From Octopus vulgaris (lineage: Eukaryota), in NCBI GenBank assembly GCA_951406725.2, contig OX597843.1, positions 20,026,001 through 20,090,000 on the forward strand: a stretch of DNA of 64,000 nt, in the 5' to 3' direction. The notes beneath the pieces are model-generated. The model did no database searches. It was not told the origin of the DNA and saw only the letters and a program-made list of their open reading frames with translations. How positions within the stretch are numbered: position 1 is the first letter of the stretch; the number at the start of each line of letters is the position of its first letter. The position numbers were made by a program, and so were the translations under genes. Shown here in pieces: positions 26,060 through 39,951 of this stretch.

Positions 26060-27200
26060 TATCTGTGTGGTTGAGATGTTTGCTTTGCAACTACGTCGTT
26101 TCAAGTTCAATCCCACTGCACGGCAGCTTGGCCAATTAGTTTTTAATTTAGCACCAGGCTAAGCAATGCCTGACAACGGAAACTGATGGAGGGAAACTGT
26201 GCAGAAGTCCGTCGCAAATATGTGTGTGTGTGAACATGTGTATGTGTGTTTTTTTGTGTGTATATTTCTGTATGTGCGTGTGTTTGTATGTATGTGTTTT
26301 TGTGAGTGTGCGTGTATGTATGTATATATATATGTATGTGCGTAACTTTGTGTCTGTCCCCACCTACTGCTACGCAAACGGTGTTGGTGTATTTACGTCC
26401 GTGACTTAGTGATTCGGCAAAGGACAGCGATAGGACAAGTAAAAGTGCTAGCAAAAAGAAAAGGAGTACTAGGAGGTATTTGGGCGATTAAAATGTCTCC
26501 AAGGCGGTGCCCCAGCATGGGTGAAATCTAATGACTGAAACAAGTAAAATATATAAATTAATATTCGGGTCTTAAGGGAGGTAACTCTCAGTAAAAACCC
26601 ACTCAGAAAAGAAAAAAAAGAAAAACAGCGGAGTAGCGGAGTGATAGGGTGATATATAATGAGGCGGCAGTGGGAGGGAAGTAAGACAGAGAAAAAGAGT
26701 GAGAGTATGAGGTAGAGAGAATAAGGTTGTGAGAGAGGGAGAACGAGATAGACAGACAGACAGACAGACAGAGATGGACACAGAGAGAAATACCATGAAT
26801 TGAATGTTTATACAGGTGTGGCTGTGAGGTTAGAAGCCTGTTTCCCAACCACATGGTTCTAGGTCCAATCCCACTGCATGGTAGCATGGTAAAGTGTCCC
26901 CTACTATAGCCTTTGGGCCAACCAAGGCCTTCTGAATGGATTTGGTAAACGGAAACTGAAAGAAGCCCGAAGTATGTATTATATAAGTATACATCTATGT
27001 ATGAGTGACATTGTATCTGTGTTTGCCTCCCACCTACCATCACTGCAACCGGTGTTGTTGTCTCCGTTGTTTAGAGGTTCTATAAAAAGAAATCGATTGG
27101 CTTAGAAAATATGTCTTCGGGTTGATTTGTTCGACTAGAACCGTTCAAAGGTGTGGTCAAGCATGGCCGTATTCATGCGACTGAAATAAGTAAAAGAATA
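26060..27200 (+). mobile_element. Two copies of the microsatellite-containing SINE (26060-26550, 26815-27200)
   Basis: GTTCAATCCCACTGC B-box region, CGGAAACTGA..GAAG.CCG, internal (TG)n, GGTG..CCAGCATGG..TGACTGAAA tail. Confidence 0.7.
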
Positions 27201-28124
27201 CCAGGATATACAGATATATGTAAGTTTGTGTGTATGTGTGTGTACATATATATATATATATATATGTGTGTATGTAAGTATTTAAGTATGTATTATGTAT
27301 GTGTGTGTATGTATGTATGTATGCATGTATGCATGAGTATATGTATGTATATGTATGCGTGTGTATATATATGTAAGTATTTATGTACGTGTGTACGTAT
27401 ATATATATATGTGTATGTGTGTTTGTGCATATGTATATATATATATATATGTATTAAGGTATGAGTGTATGTGTGTGTGTCTGTGTGTATGTGTGTGTGT
27501 GTATGTGTGTGTGTGTATGTGTGTGTAAACGATGTGTTGGTGTATCTCAGGCAACTTGGTTGGATTATAGTGAGAGAAAAGGAGGAAAGGGTAACGCCGT
27601 CCGTTGGAGAAGAAGAGAGGAAGATGAAGAGAAAAGAGAGTGATGTAAAGCAGGATGAGATACAATAAAAGGAAGAAAACAATATAAAATATGAAATGTA
27701 AAATGTAGGGAAGAAAAGGGTTTCCTTTTCCCTAATAGGTTGGTAGATATAAACGCTTTAAAGTTTCGGGGATATAAAAGTTTAAGCGTTGAAGCATGTA
27801 TGAAATGTTTATGGGTAGAGAAGTAGATATAAATGCACATAGATGGATAGACAGATATAGACAGATAGATAGGTCGATAGATAGCCAGATAGGTCGATCG
27901 ATCGTTCGATTGATCAAAGCGGCGCGGTGTAGTGCATTAATATCTGAGAAATTAACAGACAGAGGGCGAGAAATGTAGAATAGTGTATGTATGTGTGTAT
28001 GTATGTATGTATGTATGTATGTATGTATGTATGTATATCTAGTGAGAGATGGGGAATATCAACTGTATCAATCGAAAAGAGATGCTGCTTAAACTCTCCT
28101 TTATTTGGATCTGCAGAAGAATTC

Positions 28125-28440
28125 TCATTTCAGGGTCTTCGCTCTTACTTCTAGCAATGTGTAAAACTACTGATAGGACAATATGTTGACAGATGCTGCT
28201 TAAAGTACCCTTCATTTTTCTATGAAATACAAATACAAATTTTAGGGTACTTGGCTAATAAGTTTAGCATAATGTCGCGCCATACATGGGACAATATTTT
28301 GACAGAGGATTTCTTGGCCGTTATTTTGAGCATGATACGAGACAAGTCGGAAGACACTATTTCTACAGAGGATTGTTTGTGTCCGTCAATGTAATATCAA
28401 GGACAACACAAGTTTCAGGACACTTCACTGTCATTTCTAT
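28125..28440. repeat. Degenerate tandem repeat (paralogue of 44640-45280)
   Basis: Recurrent TTTCAGGGTACTTGGC..TT..AGCAT..GACAATATTTTGACAGA motifs. Confidence 0.7.
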
Positions 28441-28610
28441 TGTGACGTAAGAAGCTTCCTTACCAAATATATGCTTCCAGGTTCAGTCCCACTGCATGGC
28501 ACTTCGGGCAAGTGACTTGCACTATAGCTTCGGTCCAACCAGAACGGTGTAACAGGTTTTGTAAGACGGAAAAACAAGAAATCCGTTCTGTGTATACATT
28601 CATAGACACA

Positions 28611-28644
<34 letters not shown>

Positions 28645-28904
28645 CATACATATATATATATATATATACATACATATGCCTTTAAGCCTGTGAGGGATCA
28701 AATGATGTATTTAATACAAACAATTACTCGTATCTTCCATCCTCCGTCTTTCATTTACAATATGTGTGTGCGTGCGTGTATGTATATACACACACACACA
28801 TATATATATATATGTATGTATGTATGTATGTATATATATATATATGTATGTATATTTATATATGTATATATATTATGTATGTATGAATGTATATACAAAT
28901 AAGA

Positions 28905-29170
<266 letters not shown>

Positions 29171-30019
29171 GCATATATTTGTGTTTGTGTGCCTTTGTGT
29201 ATGTTTCTCCCCTAGCCAACCATCGCTTCAGCACCGGTGTTGGCGTGTTTACATCCCGATAACTTAAAGGTCAGGACAAACAAAAACAACAAAATATGTA
29301 ACTAGGCTTAAAAACTCAATTTGTTCGATTAAAATCGTTCAAGACAGTGCTCCAGAATGGCCACAGTCAAATGACTGAAAAAGAATAAAAGGATAGAAGA
29401 ATTTGCATGTGTAGGTGTTGGTGCGTGTGCCTGTGTGTGCGTATGTTTGTATGTGGTTGTGTGTTTGTGTGTATGTGTTTGGGCGTGTGTGTGTGTTTGT
29501 TTGTGTATGTGTATGCGTGCGTGTGCATGTGTGTGTGTTTGTGTCTGTGCTTGGGCGTGTGTGTGTGCGTGTGCCTGTGTGTTTAAGTGGCTGCACATGT
29601 GCATGTATAGTCTTTCTGTTTGTATTTTAATCGTTGAAGTCATTGGAATGTATTTTCCCAAACCTTATTCCTCTTCTCATTCATTCCGAGCGTCCTCAAA
29701 CACTCCTTCAGCCAGATGTGTGCGACATTGATGTAAGCCTTCCTCTAATCTATCCATCTAACATTTCAATTCTTCTTTCTTACACACCTCATTCACCCCC
29801 TCCCACCCCGACACCTCAGGCTTTGTGCCAAAGCTCGAATCTGTTATGTACATTCGGGTCAAATATGTTACTAATATGCAATATTTTTATAAATCAAACC
29901 TCGGCAGCAGTGAGACTTTTATGGGTCCTTCCTTTTTATATGAAAGGCATCACATATTTGGAGACACTTGACTCTAATATCTAGCACGATACGAGGCCAT
30001 CTACTGGACAGTTTCTATC

Positions 30020-30091
<72 letters not shown>

Positions 30092-30112
30092 ACACACACA
30101 CACAACACGCAC

Positions 30113-30430
<318 letters not shown>

Positions 30431-31174
30431 TAATATATAATATATAATATATATATATATATTATATTATATTATATTATATTATATTATATTTTATATA
30501 TATATAAATGGAGTTGAACGAAGATGTTAACAAAATTCCTTTACTCTCGCCTTGTTAAAAGCTGGCTATAAAGAGAAAGTGTCATTCATCGATTCTGTGC
30601 ATTCTAGACCTACATCTGCTTCTCCAGATAAAATAGATATTTGTAATAGGAAGAGTGATTTTAATTCTAATAGTGTAAGCAGCCCAATACGTAATATAAA
30701 TTCTTTACGGACCAGGGGAGGTAAGCGCCATTTAACCCCAAATTTCCAAACCAGAAATTTTACCCCTACTTTTACAAGTAACTCTACGTACAATTCAAAA
30801 GTCACTAAGAACTGTATCTGGTTCGTAATCCCTTTCGGAAAACAAATTAAATCGAACCTTCCCTTGCAGTTCCGTGAAGCTGTTTCTAGGAACTTTCCCA
30901 AAAATTCTAGATATTATTCTATTATCAATTCCCACATAGTTAGAATCGCTTTCTCTAACACTAGAATCTTTCACAAATTATATCTTCTCACAATACCAAT
31001 CTGCTAAATAAAGGTTCTTCACCCGGGAATTCCAGCATCCATCTTGCTAATTATAACCCCCCATACAATTATGATAATAAGAATAGTATTGATAATAATA
31101 GTAATGGTAATAGTGATGGTGATAACAATGATAACAATAATAATAGTAATAGTCGTGTTAATAACAATGGTAAT

Positions 31175-31258
<84 letters not shown>

Positions 31259-31414
31259 GGTATTATTGTTGATAGTATTATTAGTTGTATTAACAATAAT
31301 AATGCTAATAATAATAGGAATAGTGTTGTTAGTGGTGGTAACAATAATAGTAACAACAATCATAGCAATAAAACTTCGTTTCGATCTCGGAGGACAACAC
31401 GAACGGAATTAAAT

Positions 31415-31807
31415 TTGTTGTCTAATAATTCTAAGATCAGGAATTCTATATACCAGTGTAAAATTTCTTCCGGTACCGATGTCTTCTTCTATATAAGTGC
31501 GTCCACTTCCCAGTTATCCAAGAGAATTTCAAACCATTATTCATCATTTAGGGATAGCAGAAAACGCCATACTACAGGGCTAAGTAAATTAGTTTGGCGT
31601 CTTAAAGACAACAGTATTGATTTCAATTTAAATTGGTGCATAATGTCTTTATCCTTTCCTTTCGATAAGGGCAGGAGATTTTGTAACATTTGCAACTCTG
31701 AACTCTTCCATATTCTCTTCTCTAAGAATCCCCTTTTAAACACACTTGTAGAGAAATCTTACAAATGTAAACACCGGCAGAAACATACTTTTTACTCTTA
31801 TAAATGA
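31415..31807 (+). pseudogene. PLE GIY-YIG endonuclease domain
   Basis: SIYQCK..FYISA..KRISNHY..TGLSKLVW..CNICNSEL. The YIG motif reads YIS here, and the domain is frameshifted from the upstream linker. Confidence 0.85.
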
Positions 31808-32080
31808 TTTCGATAGTCATTATAGTTTGAATAAATAGTTTAACGTGCACTCCACTTCAATAGAGAAATTCTTTCCTAAGCCTATTGAACATTCTTTTAA
31901 TCAACGTACCCCTCCCTCTCTATTTGTTCCCCACTTATTATTCCTTTAACCCTTTTCTTCTTATATTATATTATTTGACGTCAATTCTACTAAGGGTTTT
32001 TTAAAATACTTAATATCGTTTTGTTTATCATGTAGGCAGTCATCGTAATTGTTATAATGTTTTGTTGTTGAAAGAGGCTC

Positions 32081-32175
32081 TCTTTCTTTCCTGATGAGAA
32101 GATTACATCTTACACCGTTTATTCCTTTCGAATAAAACCATGTTGTCTTCGAAACATATGTCAAAAGTAAAAGGA
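32081..32175 (+). ncRNA. Type I hammerhead ribozyme motif (PLE-associated)
   Basis: CTTTC-CTGATGA(32091)-GAAGA...TCTTC-GAAA(32151)-CATATG-TC-AAAAG. Palindromic stem III ACATATGT; one stem I mismatch next to the cleavage site. Confidence 0.8.
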
Positions 32176-32399
32176 ATTTTATTAACATCTTCGTTCACCT
32201 CCATTTATTTAATTATTCTTATATAACACACAAATTTCTGCACATGAAACCAGAGTTTCTACCTTTGGATGGGTCGCTTCAACCGTATTTCTGACGTGGA
32301 TTTGCTACCCTGGTATCGGTTCATCGAATTTTCCATGTTGACGGTAAACATAGGATAATTCATTCACCTATCGAAATATATATATATATATATATATAT

Positions 32400-32810
32400 T
32401 GATTGATTCTAGTTTCAGCTCATGAGCTGTGGCCATGCAAGGGCACCGCCATTTGGTGTTGCTACATGGTTTTACTTCACGAATGCTTTTTAGCAACTGT
32501 CATTTGGTGCATGAGAGAGTTCGATGCAGCTGCCCTCATCTGTACCTCCTGCCGTGAAGTTGGTTCATCTGGGATACCTGACAAGAAGAGATCCAGTTTC
32601 ATTTTAAAGACATCTGCATCCACCCCATGCAGGTCTCTTAGATTCTTCGGGAGGATATTGAAGAGCTGTGGGCCTCGGAAGCCCAAGCTATCACAGTATC
32701 TTGTCCTACATCTTGATGGCAAATTTGGAGTCCTAGGCACCACGCAGTGGCGCCCAGTTTTGGCATTTGTGTAACTCTCGATGCCAAAGTTTGGGACAAG
32801 TCCCTCCAGG
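32400..32810 (-). mobile_element. 3' end of a CR1/L2-group LINE
   Basis: DSLGFRGPQLFNILPKNLR..FKMKLDLFLSGIPDEP, typical of the C-terminus of CR1-group ORF2, then a short 3' UTR. Confidence 0.7.
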
Positions 32811-32841
32811 ATATTATATATATTATATATATATATATATA

Positions 32842-33400
32842 ATATTGGGTCATATATAATGCGGTTTTTCCATACTTATTTTTGCAAAATTACGAAAAAA
32901 CAAATTCATTTTTTAAAAATCCAAAATATACTCTCCTTCTACATTGTTCTTCTGTCTCTCTGGTAGACTTACAAGGTCCCACTTCCAAAATTCACTTGTC
33001 CGTGACAAAAAATACTCTTCATGTACTGTTCTGACCTCATCTACAGAATTTATATTTTAACCGTCCAAATGATTTTGAAGACTTCGGAATAAGTGATAAT
33101 CAGATGGGGCAATGCCTGGCGATTATGGTGGGTGGGGCATCGTTTCTCATTCAAACTGCTCCAGCCTTTGGAATGTCATTCTCGCTGTATATGGCCGAGA
33201 ATTATCCTGATGGAGGAACACTTTTCGTCTTGAAACCATTTTCTGATAGCGCTGGTGTCGATGAACCGTTGAATGATCAATCAATATGACGTAATCTATA
33301 TGACCCTTGGCTTAAATGGTAGAGCACTCGAACCAGATATCGGAGGAGTGGTCGATCCTCAAGACTGGTTGAAGCCAAAATATTTTCTGCTCTTAAAAGG
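32842..33400 (-). pseudogene. mariner transposase C-terminal remnant with TIR
   Basis: Minus-strand LHQDNSRPY and SDYHLFRSLQNHL; TIR-like TATTGGGTCATATATAATGCGGTTTTT beside (TA)n. Confidence 0.75.
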
Positions 33401-33511
33401 ATTTTATCCTTTATATACACAGTGTGTGTGTGTGTATTTATGCATGCACATTCATATTTGAACATGCGATTCAGAGAAAGGATGCACGTACATGTATGCA
33501 TTTATATGTAG

Positions 33512-33568
<57 letters not shown>

Positions 33569-33612
33569 TTGTGTATATGTGTGTGTGTGCGTACATGTCT
33601 ATGCATATATGT

Positions 33613-33659
<47 letters not shown>

Positions 33660-34522
33660 CACGTATATATATATACACACTCACATATGTATATATCAAC
33701 ATACATATCCATATATGAATATATATGTGTATATTTATGCATATATGCATATCTTTGCATTATTTATATGTGTGTGCATGCACGTGCGTGTGTGTGTGTG
33801 TGTGTGTGAGTTAGCATGTGTTTGTGTGTGTGTGACGATATCACTATATATGAACGTATGCATATCGAAATGGCGAGGGAATCCTCGTACAATGAACACC
33901 AGATTAATGCTCGTAAAAGTTCAGAACATTTCAAATCCAGTTTCTTAATAAGGGACTTTTTCCCCCTGGAACAAGAGCTGGATATAAGAACTGTACACTT
34001 CGAAAGTATGGCATTATGTATCATCGATATTATTAATAAGATGGTTGTATAACTATTAAGAGAAATTTCATTAGCAATGCATAAATATATTCCTAGATCG
34101 TTTTGTACGTCTGTGTGAACAAATCCAGAGACTATTTGACGCGAAAGTATCGATACAGAAAATATCAATACAGAAGATATCTATCAAGCAGTAATCATAA
34201 AGAACAAATTAGCAAAAAAACACAATATATCGAAGCTTTTAGATTTGAAGAGACGATTGTTTTGTGCAGAAGGAATTGGAAAATTCGGTTTTTGTAGTTT
34301 AAATGCATGATAAGACGGTGAACTAGCAGAATCGATAGCGGTGCAAGCAAATTGCTTAGCGACATTTTGTTCGTCTTTCCTTTCTGCGTTCGAATCCCGT
34401 CGAGAAATAGGAAACAATGAAAGAATAACGAAAATAACAAAGAATAAACAAAAACAAAAACTGAGGAAAAACGAAATGAGACCAGAATCAGGGTGTGTGT
34501 GTGTGTGCGAATATATATATAG

Positions 34523-35013
34523 TTCTGAAGCAGGCAGATCTCCCTAGCACCATCACAATCATGCGCAAGGCCCGGCTGAGATGGGCGGGCCACCTCTCCC
34601 GCATGTCCGACACTCGCATCCCAAAACAGCTCTTCTACGGTGAACTCAGCCAGGGCAAACGCAAAGTCGGAGGGCAGAAGAAGCGCTACAAGGACAGTCT
34701 CAAGGTCTCTCTCAAAGACTTCTCCATCGGCACAGAGACCTGGGAGACACTTGCTGCCGACCGCTCATCCTGGCGCAGCGCAATCACCGTAGGAGCAGGG
34801 ACAGCCGAGGAGGGACGGATTCGGTCAGCGGAGCAGAAACGCCAGATGCGGAAAGCCAGAGCCGCCTGCACCAGTAGCACGGCCCCTACCCACTTCTGCC
34901 CCACCTGTGGGAGGGGCTTCCTTGCCCGGATTGGCCTCACCAGCCACCTCCGGTCTCATGGCGGCAGTTCCATCAGATGATGTCAGTGGTCATCTTCGAA
35001 CCGAAGGACGAAC
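34523..35013 (+). mobile_element. RTE-clade LINE 3' end
   Basis: LRWAGHLSRMSDTRIPKQLFYGEL..GGQKKRYKDSLK and a C-terminal CPTCGR..SHLRSH finger; GC-rich, uninterrupted frame; (ATT)n tail. Confidence 0.9.
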
Positions 35014-35029
35014 ATTATTATTATTATTA

Positions 35030-35265
35030 TATGTTTCTTTACTACCCACAAGTGGCTAAACGCAGGGGGTGGACATACAAGGACAGACAAACGGATTAAG
35101 TCGATTATATCGACCCCAGTGCGTAACTGGTACTCATTTAATCGACCCCGAAAGGATGAAAGGCAAAGTCGACCTCGGCGGAATTTGAACTCAGAATGTA
35201 ACGGCAGACGAAATACGACTGCGCATTTCGCCCGGCGTACTAACGTTTCTGCCAGCTCACCGCCT
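35030..35265 (-). mobile_element. tRNA-derived SINE
   Basis: Reverse complement of the 37246/52363 family (GGTGAGCTGGCAGAAACGTTAG, GAGTTCAAATTCCGCCGAGGTCGACTTTGCCTTTCATCC). Confidence 0.85.
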
Positions 35266-35295
35266 TTATATAATATATATAATTATATATATATT

Positions 35296-35327
<32 letters not shown>

Positions 35328-35339
35328 ATTATATATATA

Positions 35340-35384
<45 letters not shown>

Positions 35385-37245
35385 GATGCAGCAGGGTGCA
35401 GCAGTCCTTTTTGCATTTAATAACTTTTACAGTATACAAGTTTTTATTAAGTAATTTTTTTATTGAACATAAATTTACTGCATTAGTTAAAGAAACAAAT
35501 AATTAACTTATGAAGAAATCGCAAAACTTTTGGGAAATTAAGTATTGATCCATCAAAACAATATGATTCAACATAAAAGGGTGTTACTTCAGCCGCACAC
35601 TGTATATATGTGTGTGTGGGTGTGTGTGTGTTTTCACATGCATATCTTTCTATATATGTATACATGTATTTATGTATAGAAAGATCCGATGGACAGAGAG
35701 AGAGAAAGAGATAGGGAGAGAGATAGATTAATAATTCATGTATATTTATGTGTGCATAGAAATGCTAAATCTTAAAAGAAATATTAACAAAAATTGATTT
35801 ACCTCTATAATGCCGGCCCCAAATATGACTTTGATTTTCACTTTTTACCAAAATTAAATAAAGTTTCGCCACTTATGTGAATATTCTGTTATTCAGATAA
35901 TTCTACTGTCTTCCTTCGCAGCTTGTATCGGATAAGTATACTGACTGAAGTACCCAGTTGTTTTAACTCTCTAAATGCATTTTTTAAAAACGACACTGTC
36001 AGTTTTTGTTTCTGTTGATTCTTGTGACTGGCTACACTCGTTTTCTATCCGGAACATAAATCCGTTTTCCAACACTTCACATCTGTTGTCGAAGTGGTTG
36101 CAGAGCAACATGATATTAAGTGGTTTGCATAACACAACATACTTCCCGTTCCAGGAATTGAAACCGAGATACCGTTATTAGCGACATTTCGTTCGTCTTT
36201 CCTTTCTGCGTTCGAATCCCGCGAGAAAACAAAAACTGAGAAAAACGAAATGAGACCAGAATCAGGGTGTGTGTGTGTGTGCGAATATAAAAGCCCTCAA
36301 TGTTGGTTTCCTTGTCCTGTTTTTATGCTTTATGTGTACTGTATTTTTATTTGTATTGCTTTTACGTCCTGTTCTTGTCACTTTCTTTTCTTTTTTTACC
36401 CCTCTGCAAAAGGAATTTTATTTAATTCCTTTTGCAGGAAGGACTGCTTCGGTCGGATCGTGTTCTGCCCTTACCTTCGAGCTGGCAGAAACGTTAGCAC
36501 GCCGGGCGAAATGCGCCATGTCATGCGCCCTCAAAAGCAATCAAATTACCAAAACTTTATTTGTCATATGTCCTGGCAACACCCAGAGAATATTCTTATC
36601 TACTTGACGCTTTTCTAAAACAAACGCCATTGTTTTTATCGATTATTGGGATGGCGATATCTGCTCAAAGACACGACCTCATCTCTCTAGTTACTAAAAT
36701 GCAAACCCAACAAATTTTTATGGTTTCCTAGAAAAGATTAAAGAGTCGGTTCTAAATGATGTTTGTTGGTCACTGATTGCATGACGATGATTAGAGGCGT
36801 TTCAGTCGTGACCATCCCTTCGATTTACTTATATTCCATTGGGTGATGTGTTCTTTCCGTAGCTAAAACGATAGAATGTGAAACAGTGGAAGTTGGCTAT
36901 TATTCCTTAACATTGTTTCAAATGCTTACGATAGGGCTGATAGCGCAAATGCTCGATTGATGGACATTCATTAGTCCTGAAACCCTCATCTGCAAAAATT
37001 ATTGGAATGTACCACATGGAGTGGATGTTAATTTTCATAGATCTCTCCGAAATCTCGCCGTTTTATATAGGTCCGGCCTTACTATCAAGACGAACCATTC
37101 ACTTGTTAAATGGCATCCGTGACTAAATCATTCCATTAGACGAATGTTAGTGATTATGTTCTATACGGTTTATTCCCCAAATGAGTTTGGAACAGTGAAA
37201 TGTTCATGTGCATGGGTGATCCCAAGTACAATACGAGCTCTAACT

Positions 37246-38010
37246 TGCGAGCTGGCAGAAACGTTAGCACGCCGGGCGAAATGCGTAGCCGTATTTCGTC
37301 TGCCGTTACGTTCTGGGTTCAAATTCCGCCGAGGTCGACTTTGCCTTTCATCCTTTCGGGATCGATTAAATAAGTACCAGTTACGCACTGAGGTCAATAT
37401 AATCGACTTAATCCGTTTGTCTGTCCTTGTTTGTCCTCTCTTAGTTTGGCCCCTTGTGGGTAGTAAAGAAATAGGCATTTCGTCTGCCGCTACGTTCTAA
37501 GTTCAAACTCCGCCGAGGTCGACTTTGCCTTTCATCCTTTCGGGGTCGATTAAATAAGTACCAGTTACGCACTGGGGTCGATATAATCGACTTAGTCCGT
37601 TTGTCTATCCTTGTTTGTCCTCTCTGTGTTTAGCCCCTTGTGGGTAGTAAAGAAATAGGTATTTCGTCTGTCTTTACGTTCTGTGTTCAAATTCCGTCGA
37701 GGTCAACTTTGCCTTTCATCCTTTCGGGGTCGATAAATTAAGCACCAGTGAAACAATGGGCCGATGTAATTGACTAGACCCCTTCCTCCAAATTTCAGGC
37801 CTTGTGACTATGGTAAAAAGGATTATTATTAGATATTTTATTGGCTGAACGATATTTCGACCGTAAGTCTGTCACGAAATGCTTAGTGGTATTTCGCCCG
37901 TCGCTACGTTCTGAGTTCAAATTCCGCCGCTGTCTACTTTGCCTTTCATCCTTTCGGAATCGATAAATTAGGTACCATTGAAACACTTGGGTCGGTGTAA
38001 TTGACTTAAC
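37246..38010 (+). mobile_element. Head-to-tail SINE array (about 185-bp units, 4 cores)
   Basis: GTTCAAATTCCGCCGAGGTCGACTTTGCCTTTCATCCTTTCGGGGTCGAT core near 37316, 37501, 37686 and 37915. Confidence 0.85.
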
Positions 38011-38050
38011 CCCTCCACCATATTGGCTGCCCTTGTAGCCCTTGTCGCAA

Positions 38051-38123
<73 letters not shown>

Positions 38124-38674
38124 GAGTGAGAGAACAGTGCATGTCATCAAAGTGTCACTGGGGAAAATATACGAAGCCCAGTATACCCATCATGACTACC
38201 CGTCTGATAAGGGTGCACCAGGCCCATATCCATATGTGCGCCACATGGCGATCTTATATCAATATAAACAGTGCATAACTCTACAGATGGGTCCCAGTTA
38301 GAATTTTCTTCATTATTTGTAGCCCATCCCGCTCAAAAGTACCCTGAATTAAGTTTGTTTAAAGATGAACAAAATACCCATGTTTCCGGAGGGGAATTAT
38401 TGAAACCCCAAAGAATTCCTCTGAACACATGGCTATGGTGCTCCCCAACTACTTCTGCTCGTGATCAGAGATGCACATATCATCAGCCGCTAAGGGACAT
38501 GCTCAACTGGTTAAGGTCAAACAACTGACAAGCAAATCTGTGGTATTGAGCAGAATATTTGCTGTAGCCCATCTTTTATACTAAGACAAAACAATGTACA
38601 TGATAACACTTCCAACCAATTAAGATGAGAAGCCATGAGAGCCACTGCCTTGTACTGCATCAGGGCAGTATTAC

Positions 38675-38738
<64 letters not shown>

Positions 38739-38745
38739 GTTATTA

Positions 38746-38796
<51 letters not shown>

Positions 38797-39007
38797 TATG
38801 TTTGACTTTTGCTTTATATTTGTACAAGTTGGCTCCAAGTCTCACCCAGAGACCTCAGGAGACAACAGGGTTGGAAGTTCATGTTGTTATGTCTAGTGTG
38901 CCATATATTTGGGGGGTGGGGGTGTTGTACTAATGAATGTCTAAAAAAAAGTTGGTTTTTTTTTTTTGTTTTTAAACCGAAAATTATGTTAGTTTTAAAC
39001 CTTGAGA

Positions 39008-39688
39008 TTACATAGAAAGTATTTTGCGTAGGATATGAGCAGTTCCCATGAGCACTATCTTTTGAATTTCTGCCATTTTGGGGTTTCCTGGTATCTGAGT
39101 TAGGTAGCTATCAGCCCCTTTTGCTATCATTCCCAGGGCACCTATGACAACAGGTATTGTTTTAGTCTTCAGCTTCCACATTTTGCTGATTTCTATTTCA
39201 AGATCTTTATATTTGCTCAGTTTTTGGTAGGTCTTGACAGATACGTTTATATCGATTGGGACAGTCATATCAATGAGGAGGCATGTTCTTTGTTTGAAGT
39301 CTTTCAATATGATGTCTGGCCTATTTGCATCTATCTTTCTGTCAGTTTGAATGGTGAAGTTCCAGAGGAGTGAGATGTGGTCATTTTCAAGCACTGGGGG
39401 TGGTTTGTGTTCCCACCAGTTTTTTTCATGGGGCAAATCCAGGTTTTTACAGATTACCCAGTGAATATATTGTGCAGCTCTATCGTGCCTGTTGAGATAC
39501 TCTGTAGGCGCTAGAAGACTGCACTTGGAGACCACATGGTCAATGGTTTCATTTTGTTGCTTGCATACACGACACGTTGGACTGCTTCTGATCTTTAATA
39601 TGTTGGCCTGGTAGTTTCTTGTTGGTAGGCATTGATCTTGAGCTGCTATGATAAACCCCTCTGTTTCAGATTTTAAGCCAGAGGCCAT
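39008..39688 (-). CDS. CCHC knuckle + restriction-like endonuclease domain of the same LINE
   Basis: CRVCKQQNETIDHVVSKC, RHD, RPDIIL..LIDMTVP, KLSKYKDL, IPVVIGALG. Confidence 0.9.
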   Translation of the reverse strand: MASGLKSETEGFIIAAQDQCLPTRNYQANILKIRSSPTCRVCKQQNETIDHVVSKCSLLAPTEYLNRHDRAAQYIHWVICKNLDLPHEKNWWEHKPPPVLENDHISLLWNFTIQTDRKIDANRPDIILKDFKQRTCLLIDMTVPIDINVSVKTYQKLSKYKDLEIEISKMWKLKTKTIPVVIGALGMIAKGADSYLTQIPGNPKMAEIQKIVLMGTAHILRKILSM

Positions 39689-39951
39689 TAGCCATTGATG
39701 GGTCAGGGCTTGTCAACATCTGCATTATTTGCTCTCTTTGGGTATTTGCCATAGAGAGGTTTTTCTTGCCATTTATCATTCAGAATATCTAAGGCCGCAG
39801 ATTTAGCACGGGTTTTCATGCGCTTAGCTTTTTCTGTGCCTGTTTCTTGTATGTCTATCTCTAATTCCGAAATTTGTTGTATTCGGAATTCACTTAGATA
39901 TTCCTTTGCCTGTTTTGTTACTGAGTATGATGCTTTCTTGTTTTCATGTTT

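Larger units (their letters stand above)
30506..32380 (+). mobile_element. 5'-truncated Penelope-like element (post-RT region, AAT linker, GIY-YIG, HHR-bearing 3' repeat)
   Basis: LKAGYKEKVSFID and IWFVIPFGKQIKSNLP..RIAFSNT match the 59-61 kb PLE protein; GIY-YIG ORF at 31415; HHR at 32081; TA-rich tracts on both sides. Confidence 0.9.

Noticed and set aside
33816-34297. Short non-repetitive ORFs as host exons
   Set aside because: No recognisable domain or consistent splice signals.
35379-35603. Possible Tc1/mariner MITE (TACAG..GC ends in TA)
   Set aside because: The terminal inverted match is too short and imperfect to support.
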